The notes: generated by a model not told the origin, from the letters alone. Positions 1 through 11,774 are shown, counted from the stretch's first letter. The stretch: 49,485 nucleotides of DNA from Octopus bimaculoides (GCF_001194135.2 NC_068990.1:94450926-94500410), one strand, 5' to 3'. Made by a program: numbers and translations.

Positions 1-274
1 ATTTTCTGTACATACGACTAAGGTATGTACTGGATTGAAAACGGGGGATTCAGCTCAATAATTGAAATGGGAAAAGTGCATGAAAATGAATTTGAATGAT
101 ATATTAATATATTAATTGCATAATTACAAGGAAAACAAATGAACAAGAAACAAACATTCAATAACAGTAAAGGATTAGTAGGGAAAAGGGGGGATGAAGG
201 TGCATCAGGCAATAATTTGGAAATAAAAGCTGCATATTTGCATATTTGCTTTAGTGCTAGCACACTGGTCTTAC

Positions 275-370
275 TTAATACAAATGCAGGTTTCAGTGGA
301 TCAAATTCTTCCTGAATTGTGAGAGAGAGGTTCCCCTGTTCCTGATGGGATTTTACCAGAGGAGGCTGGG
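275..370 (-). CDS. INPP5B: INPP5B/OCRL-like linker exon, 96 bp, phase 1 to 1
   Basis: Acceptor cttgtgttgcag|, donor TAA|gtaaga. Encodes (A)QPPLVKSHQEQGNLSLTIQEEFDPLKPAFVL, in phase with the preceding exon. Membership rests on phase, orientation and a repeated FDPLK motif, not on recognisable homology. Confidence 0.68.
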
Positions 371-3300
371 CTGCAACACAAGTAGAACTACATACTAAAG
401 CTGGTTGCACAGGAGCATAATACAGAAAGCAAAATGGGGGGGAAATCTTACAGCAGGCCAAAATGATAGGAAAACAACACTCACAGGTAATAACTAAGTA
501 TTATTACATTAACTATTGCAAAAGATTAAAAAGGATTTATTAATGAGCTAAGTTAATAGCTCTATGTCCATTAACACAGAGAAAGCTGGTGAGCAATATG
601 GCTAATTAGATACTACAGGTTGAAATGGGAATGAAACAACAGTTTACCTACTCAAACAGGTTACGGTAGGAGGAAAAAATAATTAAACCCCAACAAAAGA
701 AGGATAAAGGGATACATTGTTTTAAGAGTGTGTTGAGTTGAGATTCTTTTTGTTTTCTTTATAAAACAATATTGCATTTCAATGACGTCTGAAGAGTGAC
801 AAACTTCAACTGTATCAAATTGATATCTCTAACTGGAGACATTTGTGAGAATTTGAACTGAGGAAAAGTCTAATGAAGTTCACCAGAATGAGGATTATTT
901 GGTTAAGAACTGATTAAGTTTGTTTAACTATGAATTCTCAGCATGTGAAATAGATTGGCAACTGATAGACAGCGATAGGAGTTCAAAACTAGCTGATACC
1001 ACTTTGTGACTACTTTGTTCTAATTAAAGTTTTTATAAAGTATTAGTAGATGTATAGTCAATTAAAGAGTCCTACTTAATACATTCAGAAATTTATTATC
1101 ATCACTGTTCTTTTTTTTAAATGTTGTTTTGGTGGAAAGGCTTGAATAGGACTTTTTGAAGCCTTGTTTTACAGCTGGACACACTTCTGATGGCAAACCT
1201 TGACCATCACTTCTTAAAATATACATGAACATGATGTACTCATTCAAAAAACAGAGATACACATAGTAATGAAAGAAATGTAATCTTGGTTAATTAAATC
1301 AAGATTGGATAGCAATTATGCCCCTGCATTTTTAGGCAAAGCAAGATATATTAGCAACAAACTATATTCAGCATAATATTTACTAATTTCTTCAGTAGAG
1401 AGAAATCATTATATTTAGTCAGCTTTGTCAAGGGGCACAGTGAAATTGAAACTGCAACTTGAAGTCAGTAATCAGATGTATTTGCAAGTTTGTCTTTTGC
1501 ATTACCCTAAATCCTACTGGGGCCACATTTCTAGCCTTCAGTTAATTTTGAAGATAAAGAATTGTACAATTTTGTAGACTTATCAATTTGGTATTCAGAA
1601 TGGAACCTAATACAAGGCTGCTATAGAAACACAGTGGAAGGATCTTAATTTAAACACAAACAATTTCAAATGAGACATTTTGCATTATACAAAGAAAGGT
1701 ACTTTTAAGCGGGTTCGGATCACAAAGTGTTGGATAAATTTTATTTTCCTCTTTTGGAAATGTAACTAATACTGCTGCTACTGCTACTGCTACTGCTACT
1801 ACTACTACTACTACTACTACTATTGTTGTTAAGGTACTTGTGACTCTCCATGGAGTTTGTGACACACGCTTTGGGAATGAATAATGTATGACATAAAAAT
1901 ATTGCTAATCTTTTTATCTGACCAAAAGATTAATTTAGATTAGATTTGCTGGTGAACTGGCAGAGTATTTATATTCTAACTCTGTGCTCTAAGATCAAAT
2001 TCTGTCAGAGGCAATTTTGCTTTTCAAATTTTTGTGGTTGACAAAATTAGTATCAACCATGGGTAATAGATTGTTAGAACAGTATGAACACTGGACCAGA
2101 TACCTAGTGGTATTTGTTCTGGTTGTTCATGTCTTGGATCAAGTGTCATCCAAGTGCCTAAAAAAGTGCTGACAACAACCTACAGGGTAGTCATGAAGGC
2201 AAATTCTTGTAATAAATCCCAGTACTAAATAGATGGTGCTGGATAGAGAGTGGGGCTGCTCCAGTTGTACCCTGGTGAATTAATGAATAAATAAATAAAA
2301 GTTCTGAGGAGATCAAATGTATCACTAGCCACACCTTTTCAATCACAAAAATCAAGCTAGAGAGAGAGAGAGCTTTGTTGTGTTGGAGGAGTTTCTGTGG
2401 AAGATAGACATTTCACAAGCTGTTGAACTTTCAAAAAGATATGGGGGCAAAGGTGAAAGTGGGCTGGTCAGTGTAGAGGGGACAACATATCTAATGTGCA
2501 CTGCCAGGTATTTAAAAATGATGGTCTGACCAGCTTGTTGCTAATAAAAGATCCTTCACTGAAATGTCACATCAGTATTTGGCATTACCATATTCTTGTT
2601 TAATAAACATCGACTGAGGACATCTAATTAATTTTCAAACCTAATAATTTAACATTCAATCATGTAAAAATTAAAATTAAATGTAAGAAGAAACAAAATG
2701 ATTTCCAACATTCCATTACAATAATATTCAAAAGTATAATAGTCTCAACATACACATATATATATGTATATATATACACACATGCAGAAACAATAGTAGC
2801 ATGGTTTGGGTATTAACAGAAATAATTAAGCAAATAATTTCAAAATCACAGACTAATGTGTTAATCATAGCAATTATAAAGATGCAAAATTTGATATACA
2901 TTGCATTAAAAAAAAAATCAAAATGAATCCAAAAATATACTGAAAGAGGTGACAAAAAAATGCAAGTAGAACCCCCACCCACAAAAAAAAAAAAAACTCT
3001 TTGGTTATTTATGCAAAAACTGATGTAAATATGGGCTAGTTTTTGGTAATTTAGTTCAAGTGGGTATATTTGCATAATCCAAGAAATTAATAACACTGAA
3101 TATTTTGAGGGGAAATATTGCATATTTTAAGCACTTAAAGCGTGTGTGTGTGTGTGTGTGCGCGCGTGTACATGTGTACACACACACATATATCCTTTTA
3201 ATGTTGACTGTCAGAAAAAAAGACTACTCAATATCATAGAGATTAATAATATTCTATTGTAGTTGACCTGTTCTGAGTTTTGCCTGTGGTTGCAGCACAG

Positions 3301-3395
3301 AGTCTTCAGGCAAGTTGTGGCCATAAATATGTCTGTATAGGAGAAATACTGAGAGAATATAGAATGAAAAATTGCATGCTTTAAGTGCTTGTTTG

Positions 3396-3427
<32 letters not shown>

Positions 3428-3640
3428 ATGTGTATATATATATATATAATGCATATGTAGAAGCCTGTGTTCCTAATGTACAGAAACTTTCTTGCTGGTA
3501 AAATGTAAGTCGCTGATGCAACAAAAGGAAGATGGAAAGCTGCTTTAATGTAACCGATTCCATGTCTGTGAGTGTTTCAAGTCCTGGGGGCAGCTTTCCA
3601 CCTTCTTTTTTTTGGCAAAGGGGCTTTTAACCTCAATGTA

Positions 3641-3690
3641 TTATAAACTATTACTTATAGCTGAATTATAAACTATTACTTATAGCTGAA
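3641..3690. repeat. 25-bp perfect tandem duplication
   Basis: ttataaactattacttatagctgaa x2. Confidence 0.95.
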
Positions 3691-3908
3691 TTTGCTTCAA
3701 GATATATGGTTAACAAAGACTTGATATATAAGAGAGTACACACACACACACACACACATGTGTATGTATGCATCCATGCATGCTTGTATTAATTTTAGAT
3801 TAGTAAGTGCTTATGAATTGTGTGCATCAAGAGATATGCAAATAGGTATTTTTCTTTACAACATCGTTTGATTGCAAAGGGGGGCAGAAATTAAAAGAAA
3901 TTCAGTAC

Positions 3909-4055
3909 CTTTCTTCCCATTATCTTCAATATTCATGTATTTCAATGGGTCAAAGACATCTGTTTCAAATAAGTTTTTTTCAGGAGCTTTATTAGTATAC
4001 TTGTCCAGCCAAGAAAATGATGAAGGCAAACCGAATCCAACAACATGTGTAACAG
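3909..4055 (-). CDS. INPP5B: INPP5B/OCRL-like coding exon (end of PH domain and linker), 147 bp, phase 1 to 1
   Basis: Acceptor ttttctttcttccttacag|, donor AAG|gtactg. Encodes (T)VTHVVGFGLPSSFSWLDKYTNKAPEKNLFETDVFDPLKYMNIEDNGKK; FSWLDKY matches recalled INPP5B FLWLSRY. Confidence 0.85.
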
Positions 4056-6052
4056 CTGTAAGGAAGAAAGAAAATCACAAGCAACGGAATAAAAACCCTC
4101 CACTGTTAATGAAGAAATGAGATAATTATGGGCAATAGTTTCATTATTGGGTTGGTGTAAAATTTGGCTGGAACGTGTAGGTGAGTGTGTGTGTGTAGGC
4201 ATTATACAGACGGACATGTATGTACATATGTATTTATGTCTGTATGTATGTACGATTTTAGCAACAAAAGTTTTCATACTCCAACAATAATATACAAAAA
4301 GCTAACAATAAGGGAATAAAAATGAATGCCTTGCAGACAAAAGCCACAAATGAATGAGGCAAAAATAAACTTAGTTTTCACATGCCAGATAGAAATATTT
4401 TTGGGGCAATGAAAGATTACTTCACAATAATATCTTTGTTCCATTGCAATCCTTAAATTCTTAATTTCCATTATATATATAAAAACACATGGTTTAGGGC
4501 AGAGAGTTGCCCCCCCCCCTACCACCAAATGGTCAAAATAGTTCCAGTAGAAAATAATCAGGTATGAAAGGACTTGGAAAGAAGAATTCAGTAGAATTTC
4601 TTTAAACCTTTTGATACTATCCTTCTTCTTTAAAGTGATTCTAAATGAAACCTTCAAAAATAATTTCATGTGTATGTTCCAAAATGCCAGTTTAATACCA
4701 ACCAAAATAATTTATTAAATTCTTCATTATTTTAAAACTTAATTGAAACAAAGGCAGCATATTTCAACAGAAATATGGTAACAAAAGGGTTAAATTTTGC
4801 TTTGAGTTAGTCTTATCTTTCTATAACATTGTTCTTTGTAGCTGTTTAACTTCAGGTCAGCCTTGACCAAGCAGATTTATGATTAATGGTGCTCTAGTTA
4901 TGACCATCCCATCTTATTTTCAGACACTGTTTATGTAGGACTACATTCTCCAAAAAGTTTTTCTTTTAAAGTGGCAGGGTATAATTTAAAGGAGATTTGG
5001 TTGTTATTTTCAGTAGGTCAAGTGACCACATAGAGCTCCTTCATTAATTTGCTGTTGTATTACAAAATCTCAGCTGAGGCTGACAACTTCGCCCCTCACA
5101 CCATCCCACTGAGTGTCTGTTAAACACATTCTGATAAGATGGAAGATTCTATTATGGTTCTCTTGGCTCTCCTGAACAGAATCATCAGCTTTCTTACATT
5201 TTGTACAATACTGACTACTGTCAATACCATTTTATAGGGAACTAAGTTGAACAATAACTATTCATATTTCCCCATACATCCATTTAGGATAAACACTTGT
5301 GTGCTGATGGTGCTGCTGTACTTTATTCCCAAATGCACAAGTTGATGTTTCATCAGAAACAGTCTAGTAGGTGTTTCAGCTTCTTCTACCCTAATACCAG
5401 AGCTACCCACGGCTATCCACCAATGTAGGCAACAAAATTCTCACACAACAGTATAAGGTTTGTTGTTCTTTCAGCTATGCTGAACCTGTGTTCCTGCCAG
5501 GTTCTACTTAGATTTTCTAATAGCAACTCACAGAGCAGACTAATTTTCTAGCAAATCTATGTATTTCAACTTCTAATTCCACATTGTGTTCTGCTCAACA
5601 TAGTAGAAGTGGGTGGTCAACATATCAAGGCTGTCCTAATGAAAATGCTCTTTCTCTAAGACTGACTCTTGCTTACCTATTCGAGTGACTGCTATTTTTC
5701 AAACAAAATGTTCATCTCACAAAACCCATCCTGACTCCCTCATATTTCCCCAAAACCATAGATGGGAGTGTGTGTGTGTGTGTGTGGGGGGGGGACAATG
5801 AAAACAAATTCTATTTTGATCAACAATAGAAAAATCTTTGTTAGAATAATTCTTTTATATCTTTGCTGCAATATTATGAAGAGAGAAAAGAAAGAACTTG
5901 GATAGTTTCAAGCAAACAACTTGCAACTTTTGTCAAGGTTAATTATTTCGTTTTCATCCATTCGATATCAATGATATCAGGACCAGTCATATGTTAAAGT
6001 TTAAAAAAACAAAAATAATGGCAATAGTCAGTTGACCATGTTGTAGTAATTT

Positions 6053-7186
6053 ATGTCGTTGGTTGATGGTATTGATGGTATTGTCGTTGGTTGATGGTAT
6101 TGATGGTATTGTCGTTGGTTGATGGTATTGATGGTATTGTCGTTGGTCGATGGTATTGATGGTATTGTCGTTGGTTGATGGTATTGATGGTATTGTCGTT
6201 GGTTGATGGTATTGATGGTATTGTCGTTGGTTGATGGTATTGATGGTATTGTCGTTGGTTGATGGTATTGCNNNNNNNNNNNNNNNNNNNNNNNNNNNNN
6301 NNNNNNNNNNNNNNNNNNNNNNNNNNNNNNNNNNNNNNNNNNNNNNNNNNNNNNNNNNNNNNNNNNNNNNNNNNNNNNNNNNNNNNNNNNNNNNNNNNNN
6401 NNNNNNNNNNNNNNNNNNNNNNNNNNNNNNNNNNNNNNNNNNNNNNNNNNNNNNNNNNNNNNNNNNNNNNNNNNNNNNNNNNNNNNNNNNNNNNNNNNNN
6501 NNNNNNNNNNNNNNNNNNNNNNNNNNNNNNNNNNNNNNNNNNNNNNNNNNNNNNNNNNNNNNNNNNNNNNNNNNNNNNNNNNNNNNNNNNNNNNNNNNNN
6601 NNNNNNNNNNNNNNNNNNNNNNNNNNNNNNNNNNNNNNNNNNNNNNNNNNNNNNNNNNNNNNNNNNNNNNNNNNNNNNNNNNNNNNNNNNNNNNNNNNNN
6701 NNNNNNNNNNNNNNNNNNNNNNNNNNNNNNNNNNNNNNNNNNNNNNNNNNNNNNNNNNNNNNNNNNNNNNNNNNNNNNNNNNNNNNNNNNNNNNNNNNNN
6801 NNNNNNNNNNNNNNNNNNNNNNNNNNNNNNNNNNNNNNNNNNNNNNNNNNNNNNNNNNNNNNNNNNNNNNNNNNNNNNNNNNNNNNNNNNNNNNNNNNNN
6901 NNNNNNNNNNNNNNNNNNNNNNNNNNNNNNNNNNNNNNNNNNNNNNNNNNNNNNNNNNNNNNNNNNNATGTCGTTGGTTGATGGTATTGATGGTATTGTC
7001 GTTGGTTGATGGTATTGATGGTATTGTCGTTGGTTGATGGTATTGATGGTATTGTCGTTGGTCGATGGTATTGATGGTATTGTCGTTGGTTGATGGTATT
7101 GATGGTATTGTCGTTGGTTGATGGTATTGATGGTATTGTCGTTGGTTGATGGTATTGATGGTATTGTCGTTGGTTGATGGTATTGC
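6053..7186. repeat. 28-bp minisatellite (gtcgttggttgatggtattgatggtatt)n on both sides of an N gap
   Basis: Direct reading. It explains the PTTIPSIPSTNDNTINTINQRQYHQYHQ periodic ORFs. Confidence 0.97.
6272..6967. other. Assembly gap (N run)
   Basis: N run. Other gaps: 12944-13467, 20840-21262 and 42745-43090. Confidence 0.99.
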
Positions 7187-7403
7187 AGAGGGAAACAACT
7201 CGGGCACCTCTGCTGTGCTTGGGCTGCTTCCAGAAGCAAATACCTCGCTTCATGTGACAAGATTTAATTGATTATGGGTGCAATAGGCTGTACTTGTTTT
7301 GGGCCATACGTATCATGTTCAAACAGCTATAAAGGTTGATTCTCAACAACATGTCGACATGTTATGTGACAACCACAGAATGAAGTAAGATCGAGACATA
7401 GCA

Positions 7404-7443
<40 letters not shown>

Positions 7444-7462
7444 GGGTGGGGGGTTTACTCAC

Positions 7463-7570
7463 TTTCTTTTGCCTGTTTCAATTCTTTACATAGCGCAACA
7501 GTTTGACTTGCTGATAGATCAAAACGTAATCGTTTTTGGTTGTTTGATATTTCGACAAGCACCTCTGATT
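7463..7570 (-). CDS. INPP5B: INPP5B/OCRL-like coding exon (PH domain C-terminal strands and helix), 108 bp, phase 1 to 1
   Basis: Acceptor ttctgtttctgtag|, donor AAA|gtgagt. Encodes (E)SEVLVEISNNQKRLRFDLSASQTVALCKELKQAKE(T), similar to recalled INPP5B SLVFQLPFGSQTRMFLHEVARA. Confidence 0.88.
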
Positions 7571-7722
7571 CTACAGAAACAGAAAGTTGTGACATTCAAA
7601 AGAGAGCATTTAAAGATAAACCAATATATATTGTGCAGTAAGTTGCATTGAATGGCAGGTCAGATTTATACACACAAGTAAAATTGAAGAGGAACAAACA
7701 ACAACAATAATTTGACCTTACT

Positions 7723-8233
7723 GATAAAAAGTATGAACGTGAACCTAGCAAAGTGCTAGAAAGTAAGAAATATAAGATGTTGTGGGATTTTAACACTGAG
7801 ACTGACAGAGTAATAGAAGCTGGAAGACCTGATTTAGTAGTAGTGGATAAAGACAAAGAGAAAGTGCCAGAGGATTGACATTACAGTTCCAAATGACAAG
7901 AAAGTCAATATAAGAGGTACAGAGAAAATAACAAAGTGCCCCAAGACCAAACCACTGAGTTACAGATGGAGAGTGCAGGTGAAATGTATCCCTGTAGTTA
8001 TTTATAGGTACCTTAGCAACTATGTTTAAAGATGTGAACAGATGGAGAGAGGAAATAGGTATAAAACCTAGTTTAGTGCAGATCCAGAAAACGGTGTTAT
8101 TAGAGACAGTTAGGATACTTAATAAGGCTCTTGGCATCTAAGGTTACTTGTTGTTATCCAATGTTAGGAATCTTTCTTTTCCGACAGTTTAATCTGTTGT
8201 GTGTATTGACAACAACAACAACAACAACAACAA
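7723..8233 (+). mobile_element. R4/Dong-like non-LTR retrotransposon 3' end (restriction-like endonuclease), frameshifted, followed by (CAA)n
   Basis: Frame pieces EPSKVLESKKYKMLWDFNTETDRVIEAGRPDLVVVDKDKE and EIGIKPSLVQIQKTVLLETVRILNKALGI* match the LWDF...RPD..V.DK RLE motif and C-terminus of R4-type elements. Confidence 0.78.
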
Positions 8234-8262
8234 CCCATGCTCCAGAGAATTAATTAGCTTAC

Positions 8263-8363
8263 CTTGCTTGTAAGAGAATTCTTTGTTGATTGGTATGGTC
8301 TCCATGACACTTAACTGGCTTATCTCACTACATGGTACTTGAGTGGTAGAAAATATTAACACA
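8263..8363 (-). CDS. INPP5B: INPP5B/OCRL-like coding exon (PH domain), 101 bp, phase 2 to 1
   Basis: Acceptor ttttgcttttgcag|, donor AAG|gtaagc. Encodes (A)VLIFSTTQVPCSEISQLSVMETIPINKEFSYKQ(E), which resembles recalled INPP5B ALFLYT...QIVPVSRDF and OCRL IIPINSHF. Confidence 0.88.
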
Positions 8364-8771
8364 CTGCAAAAGCAAAAGAAAAAAAATATATAAAAGAAAT
8401 CACCTTTAAAATTATGTAGATTTTCATTCCTAATCCTCTGAAAATATGTTTTCATTGCTAATCCCTCAATTGTTAAGGAGTTTACATAATGCAATCAAAC
8501 TAATCCTAATACAGTATTAGTATTAGGGAATATTTTATTGTCCCTCAGAGGGAAGGTAATTTCATTAAGGAAGAATTTGGATTTAGAACAGTAAAGCTCT
8601 GTACAGAACACAATATTAGCCTGTGTCTAGTGACACGATTTCTATAAACTATGTTGCAGTTAACCCTTTTGTTACTTGATTTTTGTTAAAATACACTGTC
8701 TGTATTAATTAATTTTGAAAATAATGAAAAATTTAGCAAAACGACTTTGTAATTATTAAGCTGGTATGGAA

Positions 8772-8903
8772 TAAAAAAAGCACTCAGTACACTTTGTCAA
8801 GTGGTTGATGTTAGGAAGGGTATCCAGCTGTAGAAACCACGCCAAAACAGATGGCAGTTCTGTCAAACCAACCAACCCATACCAGCATGGAAAATGGATG
8901 TTG
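8772..8903 (+). mobile_element. Short RTE 3' UTR-derived fragment
   Basis: aagcactcagtacact...gtggttgatgttaggaagggtatccagctgtagaaac...gcatggaaaatggatgtt is the same 3' end seen at 16760-16895 and 43170-43360. Confidence 0.75.
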
Positions 8904-9600
8904 CCAGTAAGGCGGTACTGGCAACAGACACGCTCAAATGGCGTTTTTACGTGCCACTTGCACAGGAGCCAGTCCAGCGGCACTGGCAATGACCTCGCTC
9001 GAATGTTGTTTTTCACATGCCACCGGTACAAGTGCTAGTATGGTGATGCTGGTAACGATCACGCTCAAATGGAGTTTTACGTGCCACCGGCAAGGGAGCC
9101 AGTCAGCGGCCCTGGCATCTATCTTGCTTGGATGGGGCTCTAAGCGCTCCACTGGCATGGATGCTATTCATGCAGTGCTGTCATCGAATTTGATTTCGAT
9201 TTCACTTGCCGCAACAGGTCTTCGCAAGCAGAGTTTAGTGTCCAATGAAGGAAAGGTACGCATAAGTAGACTGGTTGCACCACTGGCATAGGCCATGGGT
9301 TATGGTCTCACTTGGCTTGCCGGGTCTTCTCACGCACATCATATTTCGAAAGGTCTCAGTCACAAGTCATTGCCTCGGTGAAGCCTAATGTTCAAAGGTT
9401 GTGCTTCACCACTCATCCCAGGTCTTCCTGGGTCTACCTCTTCCACGGGTTCCCTCAACCCCTAGGGTGTGACACTTTTTTACACACCTATTCTCATCCA
9501 TTCTCACCACATGACCATACTAGAGCAGTCGTCTCTCTTGTACACCACATCTGATGCTTCTTATGTCCAACTTTTCTATCTACTCCTCATTTCGAGCATT
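8904..9600 (-). mobile_element. RTE LINE 3' fragment (ORF C-terminus plus modular 3' UTR)
   Basis: Reverse strand reads YGHVVRMDENRCVKKCHTLGVEGTRGRGRP, followed by ~60-bp 3' UTR modules. Confidence 0.85.
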
Positions 9601-11389
9601 CAACACCAGTATGAGTCTACAAAGATAGTTGCTCCTGTAAATTCTAAAAGGAAATTTAGTATTTATGGAGGGTCATAGTTAAGAACAAAAAAATGACAGG
9701 GGCGACATACAGGGAAACCGAATGAAAAGAACCATGGAAGGTTGTTAGACCAGAACGAGAGGAAAATAGTGAACGTTGGGAGAAACCTTTTTTGAAAAGA
9801 GAAAAGATGTCTGCTCTTCTAAATGTCCATGCAGGAAAAGAAAGATGGTCATGTGAGGAAAAGAAAGATGGATGATGGTCATGTGTGAGCAACGAGAGAG
9901 AGAAAGAAACAGAAAGAGGGGGAGAAAGACAGATAGAAAATAGTGAAGGAGGGAGGGGGTGAAAAAGGGAATTAGAGAAGGATGGAGGAAAAAAACAGTA
10001 TAGAGTAGAGAGTCGCATCAAAAAGACGAAGATAAACTTAGTTGGAAATGGAATATCTGGGCCAGATATGGCCTGTTTAAATGTCTAAAGAATTAATATA
10101 CTTTGGTAGTATATTGTGGTTGTATAACAAAGTAGAGTGTCCCAGCAAGTAACTAAGCTGCCAGGAATGCGTTTGATGTGTAAAATTGGTATATCCAATA
10201 GTGCTGCACCACTATATTTAGTGGCTCTTTCAGCAAGGAGTTTGTGGATGATTGATGGGTCTAGTACTGAAGAAGGAGTGGGCACTTCTGAAATGTGCTC
10301 ATTGCCAATTTTTCTGCTTTCGATTGCATTGAGAGCATGTTGGGATGAAGCATTGTGACACATAAGTGTTGGCTGTGGTTTCTATAGAAGGTCTGTAGAG
10401 AAAACCTTTTCAGATAAAAGAATGAAATTAATCAAAGAGTCTGAAGAATTTGTTTGGCAACTCATCTTGTCTTATATATATATAAAAGTATGGTACCCAT
10501 AAAGAATGTCAGGATTTGATTTTGGAATGAATTATGCAAAGAAATTTTTCAAGTTGAAATAATGTAATAATTCTTTGATTCCAACATTCTTTGGCAGATG
10601 CTTGAGTTCCCTTTTTTTAGATCTGAATAATGTTTGACTGTTCTCTGGGTTTCCCTTTCTTGTAATGCTTTGCTCAGCTTTCTTCTCTCTTGCCAACCAT
10701 CCTTTTCTTTCATCCAGACTTCCCATGTGTGTTTGTTTTAATTGATTCATAATAAAAGAATGAATTCCTTTGTATGATACAAATAGATAGCAGAGAAACT
10801 GAATGGAACCAAGATAAAAATTCCAACTTGATTCAATGAAAAAAACAAATAAATTATGAGTAGTCATTGGGATGTGGAGAGAGTGTATTGTGTGTGGTGG
10901 GGAGAGAGAGGGGTAAAGAGAGTTGGGGGGATGAAAAGCAACATTCCAAATGGATCATAAAAACAAACTATTTATAAAAAAAAATAGTTTCCAGCATTGG
11001 CATTTCATCCAACAAAGACATATTGATTGGTCTGGCACTGATTTACTGTTTTATTTTCGTTATGGCTATGTTCAACACTATCTTTTTTTTTTCCTTATTA
11101 TCAATCTATTTATCTCTTTAATGATTCATGGAGTGCACCCAGAAAGAATCCAAATAATGGTGTTTCTATTCATTCTTAATGTTCTGGTAGATTTATCATA
11201 ATTTATTGTCCACTTTTCCATGGGTCAGACGACTGGATGCCCTTGCTATTGCCAGCTCCCATCTGTTTCCCCATATCACAACATGTTTTCCAAGGAACAT
11301 TGGAAACAAACAACCCCTCTTGTATGACGGTGATGTTCTTTTACAAGCATTACATGATGTCTAGACAAGAGGGGGACACACACGTTTTT

Positions 11390-11750
11390 TATCTTTTTAT
11401 TTGCTTCAGCCATTGCAGGGTGCTTATGCCAGGGCTCTGCCTTGAAGAATTTTAGTTCAACAAATCAACCCCCATTACTTATTTTTGTCTTTTTAAAGCC
11501 TAGTTACTTATTCTTTTCTTCTCTTTTGCTGAACTGCCAAGTCACAGAAATATAAACAGACTAGCACCAGTTGTCAAACACAGACAAAGACATACGCATA
11601 TATACATGATGGGCTTCTTTCAGTTTCTGTCTACCAGATCCACTTACAAGACTTTGGTAGGCCCAAGACTCTAGTGAAAGACACTTGCCCAAGGTTTCAT
11701 ACAGTGAGGCTGAACCTGGAACCATGTGGTTTGGAAGGAAACTTCTTCCC
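11390..11750 (-). mobile_element. SINE family A copy
   Basis: Colinear with 38736-39060 (ggaaccatgtgg, gacacttgcccaagg, tttctgtctaccagatccac, accagttgtcaa). Confidence 0.8.
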
Positions 11751-11774
11751 CCCCCCCAATCCCCAACAACATAT

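Noticed and set aside
18-461. 147-aa minus-strand ORF as a complete gene
   Set aside because: Only 275-370 is bounded by splice sites and in phase with the INPP5B-like exons; the rest is intron read-through.
1062-1262. Minus-strand ORF (RSDGQGLPSEVCPAVKQG...) as an extra INPP5B exon
   Set aside because: The only plausible acceptor gives phase 2, whereas phase 1 is required; the splice signals are weak.
2420-2530. ELSKRYGGKGESGLVSVE resembling an R4-type GGRGL motif
   Set aside because: A single short weak match with no supporting flanking motifs.
3450-3640. Open minus-strand frame EGGKLPPGLETLTDMESVTLKQL
   Set aside because: No acceptor/donor pair in the required phase, and it runs into a microsatellite.
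4274-4705. 143-aa minus-strand ORF
   Set aside because: Low-complexity hydrophobic/AT-rich composition, no recognisable homology, begins in a MITE-like repeat, and is out of phase with flanking exons.
5040-5680. Coding-looking GC-richer intronic tract (e.g. KKADDSVQESQ resembling an RT ADD motif)
   Set aside because: Stops in all frames and only one weak motif; probably old TE debris, but not classifiable.
5987-7260. 400-aa ORFs with PTTIPSIPSTND repeats
   Set aside because: These are translations of a 28-bp minisatellite plus an N run. ORFs crossing the other N gaps were rejected for the same reason.
7348-7363. Palindrome AACATGTCGACATGTT as a p53 response element
   Set aside because: The CATG cores are 4 nt apart rather than the 6 required, and the flanks break RRRCWWGYYY.
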